Of a stretch of DNA of 64,000 bases, positions 11,868-25,092 are shown piece after piece (position 1 is the stretch's first letter; each line of letters opens with the position of its first letter). Made by a program: the position numbers and the translations under genes. The DNA comes from Octopus vulgaris (lineage: Eukaryota). The notes beneath the pieces were generated by a model, which saw only the letters and a list, made by a program, of their open reading frames with translations, searched no databases and was not told the DNA's origin. The stretch spans positions 11,408,001-11,472,000 of the forward strand of contig OX597829.1 of NCBI GenBank assembly GCA_951406725.2, in the 5' to 3' direction.

Positions 11868-12132
11868 ACGCCTGAGTTTATGTGTATGTATGTCCCACCC
11901 ACCGTTTGACAACTAGTGTTGATTTGTTTTACTAAACCCTTTAAGGCGGTGCTCCAGCATGGCAGTAGTCCAATGACTGAATCAAGTAAAAGAAGGTATA
12001 TTATATAGTAGTAATATCATATCCCATGCGAAAGTGGTACGTTGCTGTTATTGTTTGGAAACTCTTGAAGTTCTACTTGATACCTTCTGGTAAAGTGCAA
12101 TCAGCATTTTCTATTGTAATATAGTAAAGAGA

Positions 12133-12710
12133 AGGCGACGAGCTGGCAAAAACGTTAGTATGCCGGGTGAAATGCTTAGCCGTATTTCGTCTGTCTTTAC
12201 GTTCTGAGTTCAAATTCCGCCGAGGTCAGCTTTGTCTTTCATTCTTTCGGGATCGATAAATTAAGTACCAGTTGCGTACTGGAGTCGATCTAATCGACTA
12301 GTACTCTCCCCCAAAATTTCGGGTCTTGTGTCTAGAATATAGTGGTTAAAAAAAGGTAGCGAGAGGCAGAAATGCGTAGCCGTATTTCGTCTGAGTTCAA
12401 ATACCGCCGAGGTCGACTTTGCCTTTCATCCTTTCGGGGTCGATTAAATAAGTACCAGTTACGCACTGGGGCTGATGTAATCAACTTAATCCGTCTGTCT
12501 ATCCTTGTTTGTTTCCTCTGTGTTTAGACCCTTGTGGGTAGTAAAGAAATAGGTATTTCGTCTGTCTTTACGTTCTGAGTTCAAATCACGCCGAGGTCGA
12601 CTTTGCTTTTCATACTTTCAGGGTCGATAAAATGCGTACTGGGGTCGATCTAATCGACTGACACCCTCCCAAAAAATTTCGGGCTTTGTGCCTAGAGTAG
12701 AAAAGAATGT
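12133..12710 (+). mobile_element. Cluster of three tRNA-SINE family B copies (Nin-domain-like). Others at 33150-33575, 45060-45228(-), 51330-51605(-) and about 63010-63170
   Basis: Repeated GGCGAGCTGGCA...GTTCTGAGTTCAAATTCCGCCGAGGTCGACTTTGCCTTTCATCCTTTCGGGGTCGATAAA..AGTACCAG. Confidence 0.85.
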
Positions 12711-14181
12711 ACTAGTTAAGAGCTATTTTTGTTCCTAAAAGAGCCAAGAATATATTCTTTAAAGTGGGACGACACATATCAATCACAGGTCCAAGAAAGA
12801 TTATTCTTTCTAACCAATTGCTGTACTTAGCTATATATATATATGTGTCAGTATGTATACATGCGCATGTCCATAACAGCTGTGCAGACAGGCATTTCTC
12901 AATGACTGTCTGCATTTAAAAATGTACATAGATATCGATAGAACAAGTGACAGAGAGAGATTAATAGACAGATATAGGTAACTGTGTGCGTGCATATGTA
13001 TTTGTGTGTATACAGGTTTGTGCATATTTATATATGTGTGTATATGTATAGGCTTTTCTTTGTGCCAGCGTGTATGCATATATATGTATGTTTGTGTTTG
13101 TGTGTGTGTGTTTTTGTACACGCGCGCGCATATTTGTGTGTGTTTGTGTATGCGTGTGTGCGAGTGTGTGTTTGTGTGTGTTAAGAGTATATATGTATGG
13201 GAGAGAATGTGTGTGCATGTATGTATGTTTGAATGCTTGTGAGCGTCTGTATGTATGTATCTGTGTGTTTATATCTGTGCATGCATGTGTGTATGTGTGT
13301 GTGTGTATGTGTGTCTGTGTATTTGTTCGTGTGTGCGTGTATGTGTATGCGTATGAATCAGATTAGGACTTATGATAATCAAATTAGCATTTTGAAAAAT
13401 AGAATGATCATTATCTGTAAGAATGGTTTAGAAAGAGAGAAAGGAAAACAAAAAGGGTGAGAAAGACAACGAGGAGGAGGAAAAGGAGGGAAAGGACGAG
13501 GAGGAAAAGATGAAGGGCAAGGAGGAGGGAACGGAGGAGGAGGAGGAGGAGGAGGAGGAAGGAGGGAGATGACGACGAGATTTGAAGAAGGGTGACAGAG
13601 AAAGTGGTCCTAAGTTATTCTCGTAATGGAAATCAACGAAACCTAAATCCTAGAATAAATTGGTTTACTAAAATAACGATTGCTGTTGTGGCATTCAGTG
13701 GTGTTTAACAAACGTGCGTGCGTGGTGTGCATGCATGTGTGTGATTATGCACGAGAGGGCATGTCAGTGGAGTACCTAGACTGTGTGCGCCGCCTCAAAG
13801 TAGCCCTTGAGTTTGTAATCATCGAGACCGCAGGCTCCTAGTCGCATACAAGTTTATACAGCATAAAACGTCGTCAACTGGGTTGGACCGGTCCTCTACC
13901 CCAGCTTAGCTACTCTTCTGATGTATGTATTTATGTATAAAACTAAACACACACACATGTACACAGACATGGCTGTGTGATAAGAAGTTTGCTTCCCAAA
14001 CACATGGTTCTGGGTTCAATCCTACTGCATAGACACCTTGGCCAAATATCTACTGCGACATCCTCGTGCCGACCAAAGCTTTGTGAGTGTTTTGGAAGAC
14101 GGAAACTGAAAGAAGCCGGTCGTATATATGCGTGCGTGTGCATGTGTGTGTTTGCATGTGTGTGCATGTGTGTATATCTTT

Positions 14182-14230
<49 letters not shown>

Positions 14231-14252
14231 TACGCACGTACACACATTCACA

Positions 14253-14295
<43 letters not shown>

Positions 14296-15049
14296 TATTA
14301 TTATCATTATCATTATTGTTGTTGTTATCATTGTTATCATTTATTATTATTGTTGGTATTATTATGATTATTATCATCTATAATATTAATGTGCCGACTT
14401 GTTTTTGTACCTGTGGTGTGTGTCACACACGCATGCACAGATATAAACACACAGATACATGCCTACAGACGCTCACAAGCACTCAAACATACATACATGC
14501 ACACAGAGAGAAGTGAGAGAGAAAGAGAGGAGAGAGAGTGAGAGATTCAGTGGGTGGTGACGGCTTTCGTTTTGTGTTTTTAAATGTTTATCACGCCGCA
14601 AGGAAAGTAGATACATAGATCGAAAGAAAAGTTGATACATAGATACGTACACACATTGTTAAATTAAAAGCGGGAGAGAAGAGGGATACAAAGGAAGTGA
14701 GAGAGAAAGAGAAAAATTTATAGAGACTGTAGATACATAGATCGAAAAAACAGTTGATACATAGATACATAGATATTGTTAAATCAAAGACAAATAACTA
14801 CAGCAAATATTGGATGTCACTTTCACTTTTCATTACCACTCGAGGATAAAATTAACTCGCAAGTGGCTAAGTACTCGACAGACATGCATACCATTAACAT
14901 AGTTCTCAGGGAGATTCAACCTCACACAAAATATGACAGCTGAGTGGACTGGAACAAGATAAACCTTCAAGTGGTTGGAAGAAAACGAAATAAGATCCCA
15001 TATAGGGTCAAGAAAATCTTTTTATTCGTTAGGGTCACTATAGGTGTTA

Positions 15050-15165
15050 ATCCAGTCCTGACAGCGGCATTTGTGGGTCTCATAGATCTGGAAGCCAAGC
15101 CCCCAGATAAACACCGATGCGCAGGCTGTTGTTATTAATCTGAGCGTGAGTCGAGGACGACTACA
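15050..15165 (-). pseudogene. Possible fragment of a CRE-like non-LTR retrotransposon C-terminal region
   Basis: Minus strand reads roughly INNNSLRIGVYL/LGFQIYETHKCRC with one frameshift, resembling the LR...LRLG....H.C.C motif. Confidence 0.3.
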
Positions 15166-15272
15166 CAATGGAATAGCAATTATTTCGTCTTAGCTTTCAC
15201 TGCTTATTCTAAATACGATATTTTTGCCTTACAATATAGAACATTTCCTTTTCTTTCACTTCTTTTTTAAAA

Positions 15273-15560
15273 TGGCACTCCGTCTGTTACGACGACAAGG
15301 TTCCTGTTAATCTGATCAACGGAACAGTTTGCTCGTACAATTAACGCGCAAGTGGTTGAGTACTCCACAGACATGCATACCACAATGTAGTTCTCAGGGA
15401 GATTCAGTCTCACACAGCTACAACTCATTCTTGCAAGCTGAGAGGATTGCAGCAAGGTGAAGTAGAGTACCTTGCTCAACAACACAGCGCGCTGCCGTTA
15501 TTCGTACTCTTGACTTTATGATCATGGGCCGAATACCCCTAACCACTGAGCCACGCAGCT
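15273..15560 (-). mobile_element. SINE family C. Others at about 14850-14950 and 50683-51000
   Basis: Shared body GGCACTCCGTC.GTTACGA...GCAAGTGG.TGAG.ACTCCACAGAC...GTAGTTCTC.GGGA.ATTCAG. A tRNA-like head GGCTCAGTGGTTAG lies on the minus strand near 15550. Confidence 0.7.
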
Positions 15561-16292
15561 TCACTCTCTTAACCGTAGAGAAAAGCAGAGAAGCAATATA
15601 GACAGAGAGAGAAAGGAAAACATCAGTCAATTACAATGACAGGCTGAAATACGATCGATCTTTTCTAGCTTCTTTACTTTTAACAATGAACAAGAGGGAA
15701 AGACATTTATGTAAATCTACACACGCACGCACACATATGTACACAGAAATGGCTGTGTGGTAAGAAGTTTGCTTCCCAAACACATGGTTCTGGGTTCAAT
15801 CCTACTGCATGGCACCTTCGCTAAGTGTATACTTCCATATCCTCGCGCCGACCAAGTGTTTTCAGGTGTTTACGTTTTGATCCTGGAAGTTCTAGAACGA
15901 TCGAGTGTTAGTTCTCTTCTTTCCCCCACCGGTACTTATTCGCCTTCTTTCATAGTTCGTCATATCTTTTAGTTGAAGGGAGAGACCATGTTTTTTCCTA
16001 CAAACTACAAACAAGCCCCACTTCTTTTCCTTCTCTTTTTTTCATACAAAAACTAATGCAAATTTCGAACGGGGTACAGCTGTGCAAAGTGCCCAGAAAA
16101 TGGGTAACACCCCTTACTAAATGGATGGGGGAGAAAACTTGTCAACAGGTGGCTACACGGAATTCAGCTCTTTACTTTAAAGAGTCTCTTCTACTATAGC
16201 CCCAATCCGACCAAAGCCTTGTGAGCGAATTTGGTTGACGAACACTAATAGAAGCCCATTTGATATATATATATATATATATATGTATGTAT

Positions 16293-16375
<83 letters not shown>

Positions 16376-16439
16376 ATAAAAGTATATATATATATATATG
16401 TGTATATATATGTATGTATAAAAGTATATATATATTTGT

Positions 16440-16946
16440 ATCGACAACAGATTGCATTCCCAGAATACAGAATGATACCCTTTAGTGAGCACATTGAGAA
16501 ATGCGCAAAGCAACTACTACCACAATTTTTAATCTTTCCATTTTACCAATGTGCAATCGGAACACCAACACAAATTAGACTAAACAAGGAAACATTCTTC
16601 ATTGAAAAATACAAGCCCAAACTTAACCATTCCAACATACTTACACAGAGAAATTCACTCCAAGAGAAAGGCAAGAAATTTTAAGCGATTATCTTCCTTA
16701 CACCGGAAGAAATCACTTATTACCTCCCCTTATCTGGAACTCTTTTCAACATAAATATAACGATAACTCTTCTCAACGTAAACATAACGATGTAAGAAAT
16801 TTGAAAAGCTGAACGCGAAACGGTCATTTCTTCAAAAACTATGTCATTGTAGGAAAAAAATTTATAACATCCTTCAAACATATTGACTCAAATATATTTT
16901 TTTTAACCTTTTAAAACAAGCCTTCTGTAGTTTTTTCACTTTTTAC

Positions 16947-16950
<4 letters not shown>
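16440..16950 (+). mobile_element. 5'-truncated PLE remnant (GIY-YIG C-terminus plus 3' UTR)
   Basis: [23 protein letters not shown]...FLIFPFYQC...RLNKETFFIEKYKPKLN aligns by eye with the C-terminus of ORF 5832-6980. Flanked by (TA)n. Confidence 0.85.
16794..16832 (+). ncRNA. Minimal hammerhead ribozyme motif, U3-A8 variant
   Basis: AAGAAAT-TTGAAAA-GC(TGAAC)GC-GAAA-CGG-TC-ATTTCTT: a perfect 7-bp stem I and a GUC cleavage triplet. Confidence 0.7.
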
Positions 16951-16984
<34 letters not shown>

Positions 16985-17341
16985 AAACACAGAAAATGGA
17001 GATAACATTGATGAACAACAATTGATTTGCATCAATTATTTAAAATGTTATCTCCATTTTCTGCTTTCTTTAAATTTTGATTCCTGATAAACTCCTTGCT
17101 TTTTACCTATAATTTATGAGCATAAGATTTTTGCCTATATTTAAATATAGATGATATACCGATAGTGTTTTGGATACTTTTATCCCTTAGACGGTTATTT
17201 TAATCTCGAACCCAACTAACCTTATATATATATATACATTATAATTTAAATTTAAATCTACATCTTTGTCTGTATATCTACTTTCTCTATAATGTTGCCA
17301 CTTGATTTTAAAACTTTTGGATTAATGGAAAACCTCTATAA

Positions 17342-17427
17342 TTGGCTGATGAGTACTCAGCATCTTCAATCTGCTATAATACTTACAACATTTAATAAAA
17401 TAATGTAGTACGAAACGATTGTACCAA
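17342..17427 (+). ncRNA. Type-I hammerhead ribozyme motif, canonical core, long stem-II insertion
   Basis: TTGG-CTGATGA-GTACT[49 nt]AGTAC-GAAA-CGATTG-TA-CCAA. Confidence 0.72.
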
Positions 17428-17460
17428 ATTACCGGAGTCATTCTTGTTGCTTATTTTGAG

Positions 17461-17467
<7 letters not shown>

Positions 17468-17496
<29 letters not shown>

Positions 17497-17708
17497 TGTA
17501 TGTATGTATGTATGTATGTATGTATGCATGTACGTATGTATGTATGTATGTATGTACGTATGTATGTATGTATGTATGTATGTATGTATGTATGTATGTA
17601 TGTATGTATGTATGTATGTATGTATGTATGTATGTATGTATGTATGTATGTATGTATGTATGTATGTATGTGTATGTATGTATGTATGTATGTATGTACG
17701 TACGTACG

Positions 17709-17742
<34 letters not shown>

Positions 17743-17760
17743 TGTATGTATGTATGTATG
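17468..17760 (+). repeat. (ATGT)n microsatellite
   Basis: Direct reading. Confidence 0.95.
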
Positions 17761-17879
17761 TGTTTATGTCTGTGTTTGTCCCCCACCATTCTGATGGAAT
17801 AAGCACCTGACTTACAGGGAATACGTCCAAGGGTCGATTTCTTTGACTAAAGGGTGGGCTTTAGACTCAATTAAGACGG

Positions 17880-18346
17880 CTATATGAAGCTACTGGAGAT
17901 TATAGACCAAGCCTGGATTGAGACGGTTGCTGCTGGAGGGCCATATGTGTGACAGCGAGATTTGGCTGGGTCATAAGCTGAAAGAAAATTTTTCCAACTT
18001 CACCAGCCCCAATTTCTGGCTTCCTGATATCCCCTTTCGTAATCTCATGGGTTGCTATATGTGGGGTAGATTTGAGGAAGACATCAACCATTCTGCTTGT
18101 AACACTGAGGCTGAGCTGTTAGCCAAGATCGAAAACCTTCCCAGGGACAGAGTGAAGAACGCATGCGCCAGGTTCCACAACCGTTTTGAGGCCGCGAGGG
18201 AAACTTAGGGCAGCTACCCTGAACAAACTATTAACACCCAGCCATAAATCAAGTTGATATTTAAAGATTTTATCAAAATACTTTTATTTTGAAATGTGAT
18301 ATTTGTCTTTTATGAAACTTGCCAATTTAGGCCTGAACACCCAGTA
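17880..18346 (+). mobile_element. Tc1/mariner transposase C-terminal relic with right TIR
   Basis: FWLPDIPFRNLMGCYMWG is a degenerate WPPxSPDxNPxDY..WG, followed by ...VKNACARF.NRFEA. The relic ends ...AACACCCAG-TA. Confidence 0.6.
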
Positions 18347-18366
18347 TTTATGTGTGCTTGTGTGTG

Positions 18367-18398
<32 letters not shown>

Positions 18399-18524
18399 TG
18401 TATGTATGTATGTATGTATAAATGTATGTATGTATGTATGTATGTATGTATGTATGTATGTATGTATGTATGTATGCATCTATGTATGTATGTATGTATG
18501 TATGTATGTATGTATGTATGCATG

Positions 18525-18607
<83 letters not shown>

Positions 18608-18655
18608 CCAAACCTTCTAATGTATGCATGTATATATGTTTGTATGTATGTATGT

Positions 18656-19350
18656 ATGTCGAAGGAAGACCCTTCCCTTCTGGAAGTGTAACAGCGATGT
18701 CCTTCCTGACACCCCTCCTTACTTTCTCATGTGCAACTCGAGATTTCTCAAAAGTGGCTGTCCCCTCATGCACAATCCTTCTCCACCTGCTACGATCAAT
18801 AGCTATGCCTTTCCATGAGTCAGGAGAGATGCAAGCATCTCTTAAGGAAGCCTTCAGCAAGTCCTTATACATCTTTTTTGGTTTATGGGGAGGTCGTTCT
18901 CCTTTAGCTAACTCTCCATAAAAGAGTTGTTTTGGCATCCTTGAATCCTTCATTCTGACCAGATGACCACCAGACATGCAATGTCTGTGCAAGACCCTGC
19001 CTCAGTAAAGCTGGACTCAAGAGTCATCTTCGTAGTCATAAAGCGAGACAGATGAGTGACAACCTGGCCACTGGTGGTGGTGTAACACGCCATACTAATC
19101 ATATCTATCGGGAATGTGGAGGAGAGTGTAATTCGGCAGGAGGACTTAAACGACATGCAAAGGTACATGAAGCCCTGTTACAACTACAGTCGGCTATTAC
19201 CAGTAAAGGTTTTAGTTGTCAATTTTGTACAAGACATTGTAGATCTTTAGCTGGGCTAAAAAGTCACATTCGATCACAGCACCAATAACGGTTAAGCTTC
19301 GTACAATGGCCATACTCGATAACGAGGGGTCAGCCATAATGTATGTATGT
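18656..19350. mobile_element. 5'-inverted 3' fragment of an RTE-clade LINE with three C-terminal C2H2 fingers
   Basis: Minus part: [22 protein letters not shown]...P.K.YKD.LK...W...A.DRSRWR. Plus part: CNVC..SHLRSH, EC..RHAKVH and CQFC..SHIRSQH, then an (ATGT)n tail. Confidence 0.85.
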
Positions 19351-19699
19351 ACATATATACATACGTTAAAAAGTTAACGCCTGCCTCAAATCTATTGGCC
19401 ACTTGACTGGGATGTATCTGTTTCCATGCCACGTAAATAGGCGCAGGAGTGGCTGAGTGGCAAGAAGCTTACTTACCAACCACATGGTTCCGGGTTCATT
19501 CCCACTGCGTGGCACCTTGGGCAGGTGTCTTCTAATATAGCCTCACAAGGCCGATCAAAGCCTTGTGAGTGAATTTGGTAGACGTGAATTTGAAAGAAGC
19601 CCGTCGTGTGTGTGTATGTGTGTGTGCGTGTGTGTGTGTGTGTTTGTGTGTCTGTTTGTGTGTCTGTGTTTTTCCCCACATATATATATTTATATGCAC

Positions 19700-19880
19700 T
19701 TAGCTTAGATTTTCCTTGGTGCTGGCCAGATCGGAGCAATCTCAAGATTAATCAGCCGAAATTGCAAGGATGATCCGGTTCTTGACTGAAGATTGAAGGC
19801 TTCGAATGTCCCGTCCGTGTTTTTTGTATCGTCTTCTAAATGTTTTGCGTTCTTGTCCCAGTTTGTATTTTTTTACATAT
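19700..19880 (+). repeat. Dispersed repeat ending at (TA)n, probably a PLE pLTR end. Also at 38110-38300, 43525-43960(-) and about 31950-32010(-)
   Basis: Shared GCTGGCCAGAT.GGAG.AA.CTC.AG..TAA.CAGCCGAAATT.CAA.GAT...GTTTT.CGTTCTTGTCCCA.TTTGTA. Confidence 0.65.
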
Positions 19881-19884
19881 AATA

Positions 19885-19936
<52 letters not shown>

Positions 19937-20148
19937 AAAAAAAAATATATATATATATATGTATAATAAATATTAAGGAATAAATCCAAATTTACAGGGA
20001 AAAATCAGATTTAGGATTGAATCCAATTTTATAGTAAAATATTATATAATATTAATTAGAGACAAAACCACTATTATGCAAATCAAACAAAGAAAGACTT
20101 AATCCAATACATAAAAAATTTTATATAAATTAAATAAAATTAAATTCG

Positions 20149-20194
20149 CCACTACAATTGTTTCGTGTCTCTTCTAAGGACATTCATCAGGTGG
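20149..20194 (-). ncRNA. Minimal hammerhead ribozyme motif, canonical core
   Basis: Minus strand: CCAC-CTGATGA-ATGTC(CTTAGAAGA)GACAC-GAAA-CAATTG-TA-GTGG, with palindromic stem III. Confidence 0.72.
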
Positions 20195-20709
20195 TTTTCA
20201 AATCTAAAAATAATCAATATTTTAAAGATATAAATTTAAAATGACTAAAAAATATAAATAATATAAATTTATCAATGAAAAAATATATATATATAATCTA
20301 TATATAATCTATATATAATCAAGAACTAAAATAACCTCTATAAACAATTGAATATAATGAAACCTATTATTTAAGTTCTCATATTTAAAGATGAAGAATC
20401 TAAATTCAAAAAACAAAAAGCAAAAAATAAAATATATATACACACATACTCATACACATATATCTAAGTATATATATAAACATATCTAAATACATACACT
20501 AACTCACACACCCATATATATATATCTATACATACACATAAACATCTAGGCAACGACAAATTAATAAAGTAGCCGTATACTTCTACACATTACTTATTCA
20601 TACTCCCACACACGCACATACAACCCTCATTCATAAACACACTCACTCAGCATGACAACAACACAGAGGAAACACCACATCCAGCAGCCGCAGATACTCA
20701 ACCACTGAG

Positions 20710-21546
20710 AACCTTAGATATATAAATGTTAATAGTAATCACCCACATTCTATTAAAAAATCGTTGATTAATAATATAAGTAAACGTATTTCATTACTCT
20801 CTTATAATATAGAGATTTTTAATAAACATGCTACTTATTATAATGAGGCCCTTAGAGAGGCAGGTTATAATAGGAATATTAAATTTTATAATAATATTAA
20901 CGATAATGATATAACTAATAATTTTAGAGATAATTATATTAATAATAATTATAATTTTGTTAGTATTAGTGGTAAAAATATTAGAAATTATAAAAATAAA
21001 AATAATAAAAATAAAAATAAGAATAATAAAAATAAAAATAATAATAATAATAATAATATTGATAAAATTAATAATATTAATAATTCTTTAAATGTTGTAC
21101 ATAGATATAATTCTGATAATAATTTTAATATGATAAAGAATTATAAATACAATAATAATAATAATTACAGTTATAATAATAAGGTAAATAAGAATAAAAT
21201 TTGGTTAATAGTTCCTTATGGTGATCAAGTTAAAACGAATATTATTAAAGAGATTTTAGATATTATCGAACTATTTATTCGAGATAATCGTAAATATAAA
21301 AACATTTTCTCTAGTAATAATTTTGGAGTAGGTTATTCCACCACTAATAATGTAGGTAACATTATTTCTTCATTTAATAAATTTAAACTGAATAATTTAT
21401 ATAAAAATAAATTATTTAATAATACTAATAATAAAGATAAGACATATATTAATTGTACATGTAGAGATAAATCTAAATGTAAATTAAATAATAAATGCGA
21501 TATTAACGATGTAGTGTTTAAATGTATAGTTACATTACATGATAAT
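20710..21546 (+). pseudogene. AT-rich PLE remnant (RT thumb, Cys linker and start of GIY-YIG; Nematis-like)
   Basis: YINVNSNHPHSIKKSLINNISKRIS, YNEALREAGY, IWLIVPY, GYSTTNN and CTCRDKSKCKLNNKC....VVFKC. Cut off by the insertion at 21547. Confidence 0.75.
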
Positions 21547-22275
21547 AACAAGGGTGGAATCACCACCGAAAGTTCTAAAAAATCAAAAAATCAAAAGCAA
21601 GATAACAGAAGAAAAAGAAGAGAGAACGTGCAAAGAAACGGAAGTAAAAGAGAAGGCGAGAGAGCAGACAATAACAGAGGCTGACCAAGAATGGGAGACA
21701 AAAGTGAAAGAGCAGTAGGAAGCTTGTAAAAAGGGAAGAAGACCTGTAGGAAAAAACCTGAAAGCATTCGTGATGTATATCAAAGACACAGAAGTGGAAA
21801 AAAGACTTGCAGGTAAGAAAGGATTGATCAGGGTGAAGTTGCACCCAAAACTGCATGATGACAATGTGAAAGGGGTAGTTATAGAAAAAGAGACATTCAC
21901 AAAATTGAAAAAGATATTTAATGCTGTTTATGTAGCGCAATATGTACGGTATGACAATTTGCCAAATGTGATAGACCAGATGGAATTGATAGAATATATG
22001 ACGGACGAACGTCCAATATAAAAGAACTGGAATATATGTAATGTAAAATTGTAAATTGTAAAATTGTAAAATGTAAAATTGTATTTTAAACGGAACTGCG
22101 AGTTTGGGGGTTCGTAAGCCGTTCCATCTAACTCATTACACATAATTCATCTTCATTTCATATTTTATTTTTTACTTTATGTACCCCACGTCAAGTCTTG
22201 TAATGTCCCCTCTGCATTAGGGCCATCGTGCCCATAATAAAGATATAATAACACCAGCCGACCGGTGTCTGCTAC

Positions 22276-22321
22276 TCTAGGCCGATGAAGGACAATGATC
22301 CTGAAACACGGTGTCCCTAGA
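22276..22321 (+). ncRNA. Type-I hammerhead ribozyme motif, U4C core variant
   Basis: TCTAGG-CCGATGA-AGGA(CAATGA)TCCT-GAAA-CACGGTG-TC-CCTAGA. Confidence 0.72.
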
Positions 22322-22689
22322 TGCAGTTCCGACGGCCGGGGTGTTTGTCTCCCCTTCGTATATGTATATAAGGACACAGGGAAAAATGTGTCGAAGCTGT
22401 CAGGAGGCGTTCGATGCCTCCTAGGGCTATACAACGGTGGTGTACCCCCTACTGTCACGTTCTTGTTAGATTGACAGTATACAACCATTCTAAATATTAA
22501 TAATTATATAGATATACTCTTATTTTGATTTCAATTTTTCCTCTTTGCGTCAATATTCCTCTCTCTTACCCTCAATTTTTTTGGAGTCGTTATTCTGGTG
22601 TGTTGGTTTCGAGTGCGTCATTGTGAAGAGGTTGTGAGTTCGAGTTCGTTGCTGGAAGACGTGGTGGATTTTATTTTGAAATTTTGAAA

Positions 22690-24048
22690 ATGCAAGACCA
22701 GACGTATGCGAGAGCAGCAGGCAGAGGTCTGGTTGCGAGTGAACTAGAAATGGAAGAATTGGTAGTCGAGAAGAAGACTTTAGAAAAATATTTCGACAGT
22801 TTGAAGAGGGAGGGTGACTGCGTGAGAGTCACACCGTCCGAAGAAGAAGAAAACAACGCGGAGAAACGTATGATAACATACAGGACATGGTGTGTGGCGT
22901 CAAGAAAAATAGAAGTAGCAGAGACGGAAGAAATAGAGAAATGTCTGAAAGGAATTGAGGGTGAACCTACCTTTTTCAACAGAGGAAGAAAGTATGCCAC
23001 AGTGGTGGTACACTTTAAGAATGGAAATGAAGCAAGAAAGAATGCGACAAGAATTTTGAAAACGGAAAGTTGGACTTTATTACCGAGTTACTGTGGAAAG
23101 AGGGCAGTCAGAATAAGAATTAGTAGAATTTCGCCCGAACTTAACATGGAGAGGATATTAGCGGCAGTAGTTTTCAACTGCAAGGAAAGTGTGGAAGTGT
23201 TGAAGGTGGAGAAGTCAACAGAAGTTAAATGGTGGGGATATGCGGTGCAGGTTCTGGCACATATAACCGCGCGAGACCTGTACAACATCCCGGAGGAGTT
23301 GGTCTTCCCTGATGAGACACGGCTTAGAGTCGTGGTAGAGGGAAGACCCCCAGTCTGCTATAATTGTAAATTAAGAGGCCACATGAAGGATGTGTTCCCG
23401 CTGGAGAAAACGATAGCACCGGAGGCTGTAATGAAGGAGTGTAAAGATACGTGTGTGGAGGAGGAAGAAGTGCAGGAGGAAACGAAAGCAGTGGAGGCGC
23501 AAACGGAGGAGCAGCTAATTGAGGATGTGGAAGAAGAACGTTTAAGTGCAGAGGAGGAAAGAACAGAAGATAGGAAGAGAACAAGGGTGGAATCACCACC
23601 GAAAGTTCTAAAAAAGAAAAATATCAAAAGCAAGTTAACAGAAGAAAAAGAAGAGAGAACGTGCAAAGAAAAGGACGAACAGACAAAGACAGAGGTAAAC
23701 CTAGAATAGAGGGAAAAAGTGAGAGAACAGTTGGATGCTTGTAAAAAGGGAAAAAGACCTGTAGGAAAATACTTGAAAGTATTCATGTTGTATGTGAAAG
23801 ACACAGAAGTGGAAAAAAGACTTGCAGGTAGGAAAGGATTGATTAGGGTTAAATTACACCCAAAACTGCATGATGACGATGTGAAAGGGGTAGTTGTAGA
23901 TAAAGGAACATTTACTAAATTGAAAAGTATGTTTGATCAGGTTTATTTAACGTATTACGTATGTTATGACAATTTGCCAAATGTGATAGACCAGATGGAA
24001 TTAACAAAGTACATTACGGACGAACGTCCAATAGAACTGAAATTTTGA
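22690..24048 (+). CDS. Gag/ORF1p-like protein (possible RRM-like region, degenerate CCHC knuckle, acidic coiled region, C-terminal domain), one in-frame TAG at 23707
   Basis: RVVVEGRPPVCYNCKLRGHMKDVFP knuckle. ORFs 22684-23709 and 23719-24048 are in the same frame, and sister segments have GAA-TGG (E-W) where this copy has GAA-TAG. Confidence 0.7.
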
Positions 24049-25046
24049 AATTGTAACATGGTAAATTGTAAAATGTAAAATTGTATTTTAAACGGAACTG
24101 CGAGTTTGGGGGCTCGTAAGCCGTTCCATCTAACTCATTACACATACACAGTGCAGGAGGAAACGAAAGCAGTGGAGGCGCAAACGGAGGAGCAGCTAAT
24201 TGAGGATGTGGAAGAAGAACGTTTAAGTGCAGAGGAGGAAAGAACAGAAGATAGGAAGAGAACAAGGGTGGAATCACCACCGAAAGTTCTAAAAAAGAAA
24301 AATATCAAAAGCAAGATAACAGAAGAAAAAGAAGAGAGAACGTGCAAAGAAAAGGAAGTAAAAGAGAAGGCGAGAGAGCAGACAATGACAGAGGTTGACC
24401 AAGAATGGGAGACAAAAGTGAAAGAGCAGTTGGAAGCTTGTAAAAGGGAAGAAAACCTGCAGGAAAAAACCTGAAAGCATTCGTGATGTATATCAAAGAC
24501 ACAGAAGTGGAAAAAAGACTTGTAGGTAGGAAAGGATTGATCAGGGTGAAGTTGCACCCAAAACTGTATGGTGACGATGTGAAAGGCGTAGTTATAGAAA
24601 AAGAGACATTTACAAAATTGAAAAAGATATTTAATGCTGTTTATGTAGCGCAATATGTACGGTATGACAATTTGCCAAATGTGATAGACCAGATGGAATT
24701 GATAGAATATATGACGGACGAACGTCCAATATAAAAGAACTGGAATATATGTAATGTTAAAATGTAAAATTGTAAATTGTAAAATTGTAAAATGTAAAAT
24801 TGTATTTTGAACTGGAATATATGTAATTGCAAAATTGTAAAATGTAAAATTGTATTTTAAACGGAACTGCGAGTTTGGGGGCTCGTAAGCCGTTCCATCT
24901 AACTCATTACACATAATTCATCTTCATTTCATATTTTATTTTTTACTTTATGTACCCCACGTCCCGTCTTGTAATGTCCCCTCTGCATTAGGGCCATCGT
25001 GCCCATAATAAAGATATAATAACACCAGCCGACCGGTGTCTGCTAC

Positions 25047-25092
25047 TCTAGGCCGATGAAGGACAATGATCCTGAAACACGGTGTCCCTAGA
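25047..25092 (+). ncRNA. Type-I hammerhead ribozyme motif, U4C variant (second copy)
   Basis: Identical to 22276-22321. Confidence 0.72.

Noticed and set aside
20764-21684. 306-aa Asn-rich ORF as a standalone gene
   Set aside because: A chimera of a PLE remnant and the out-of-frame start of the insertion at 21547.
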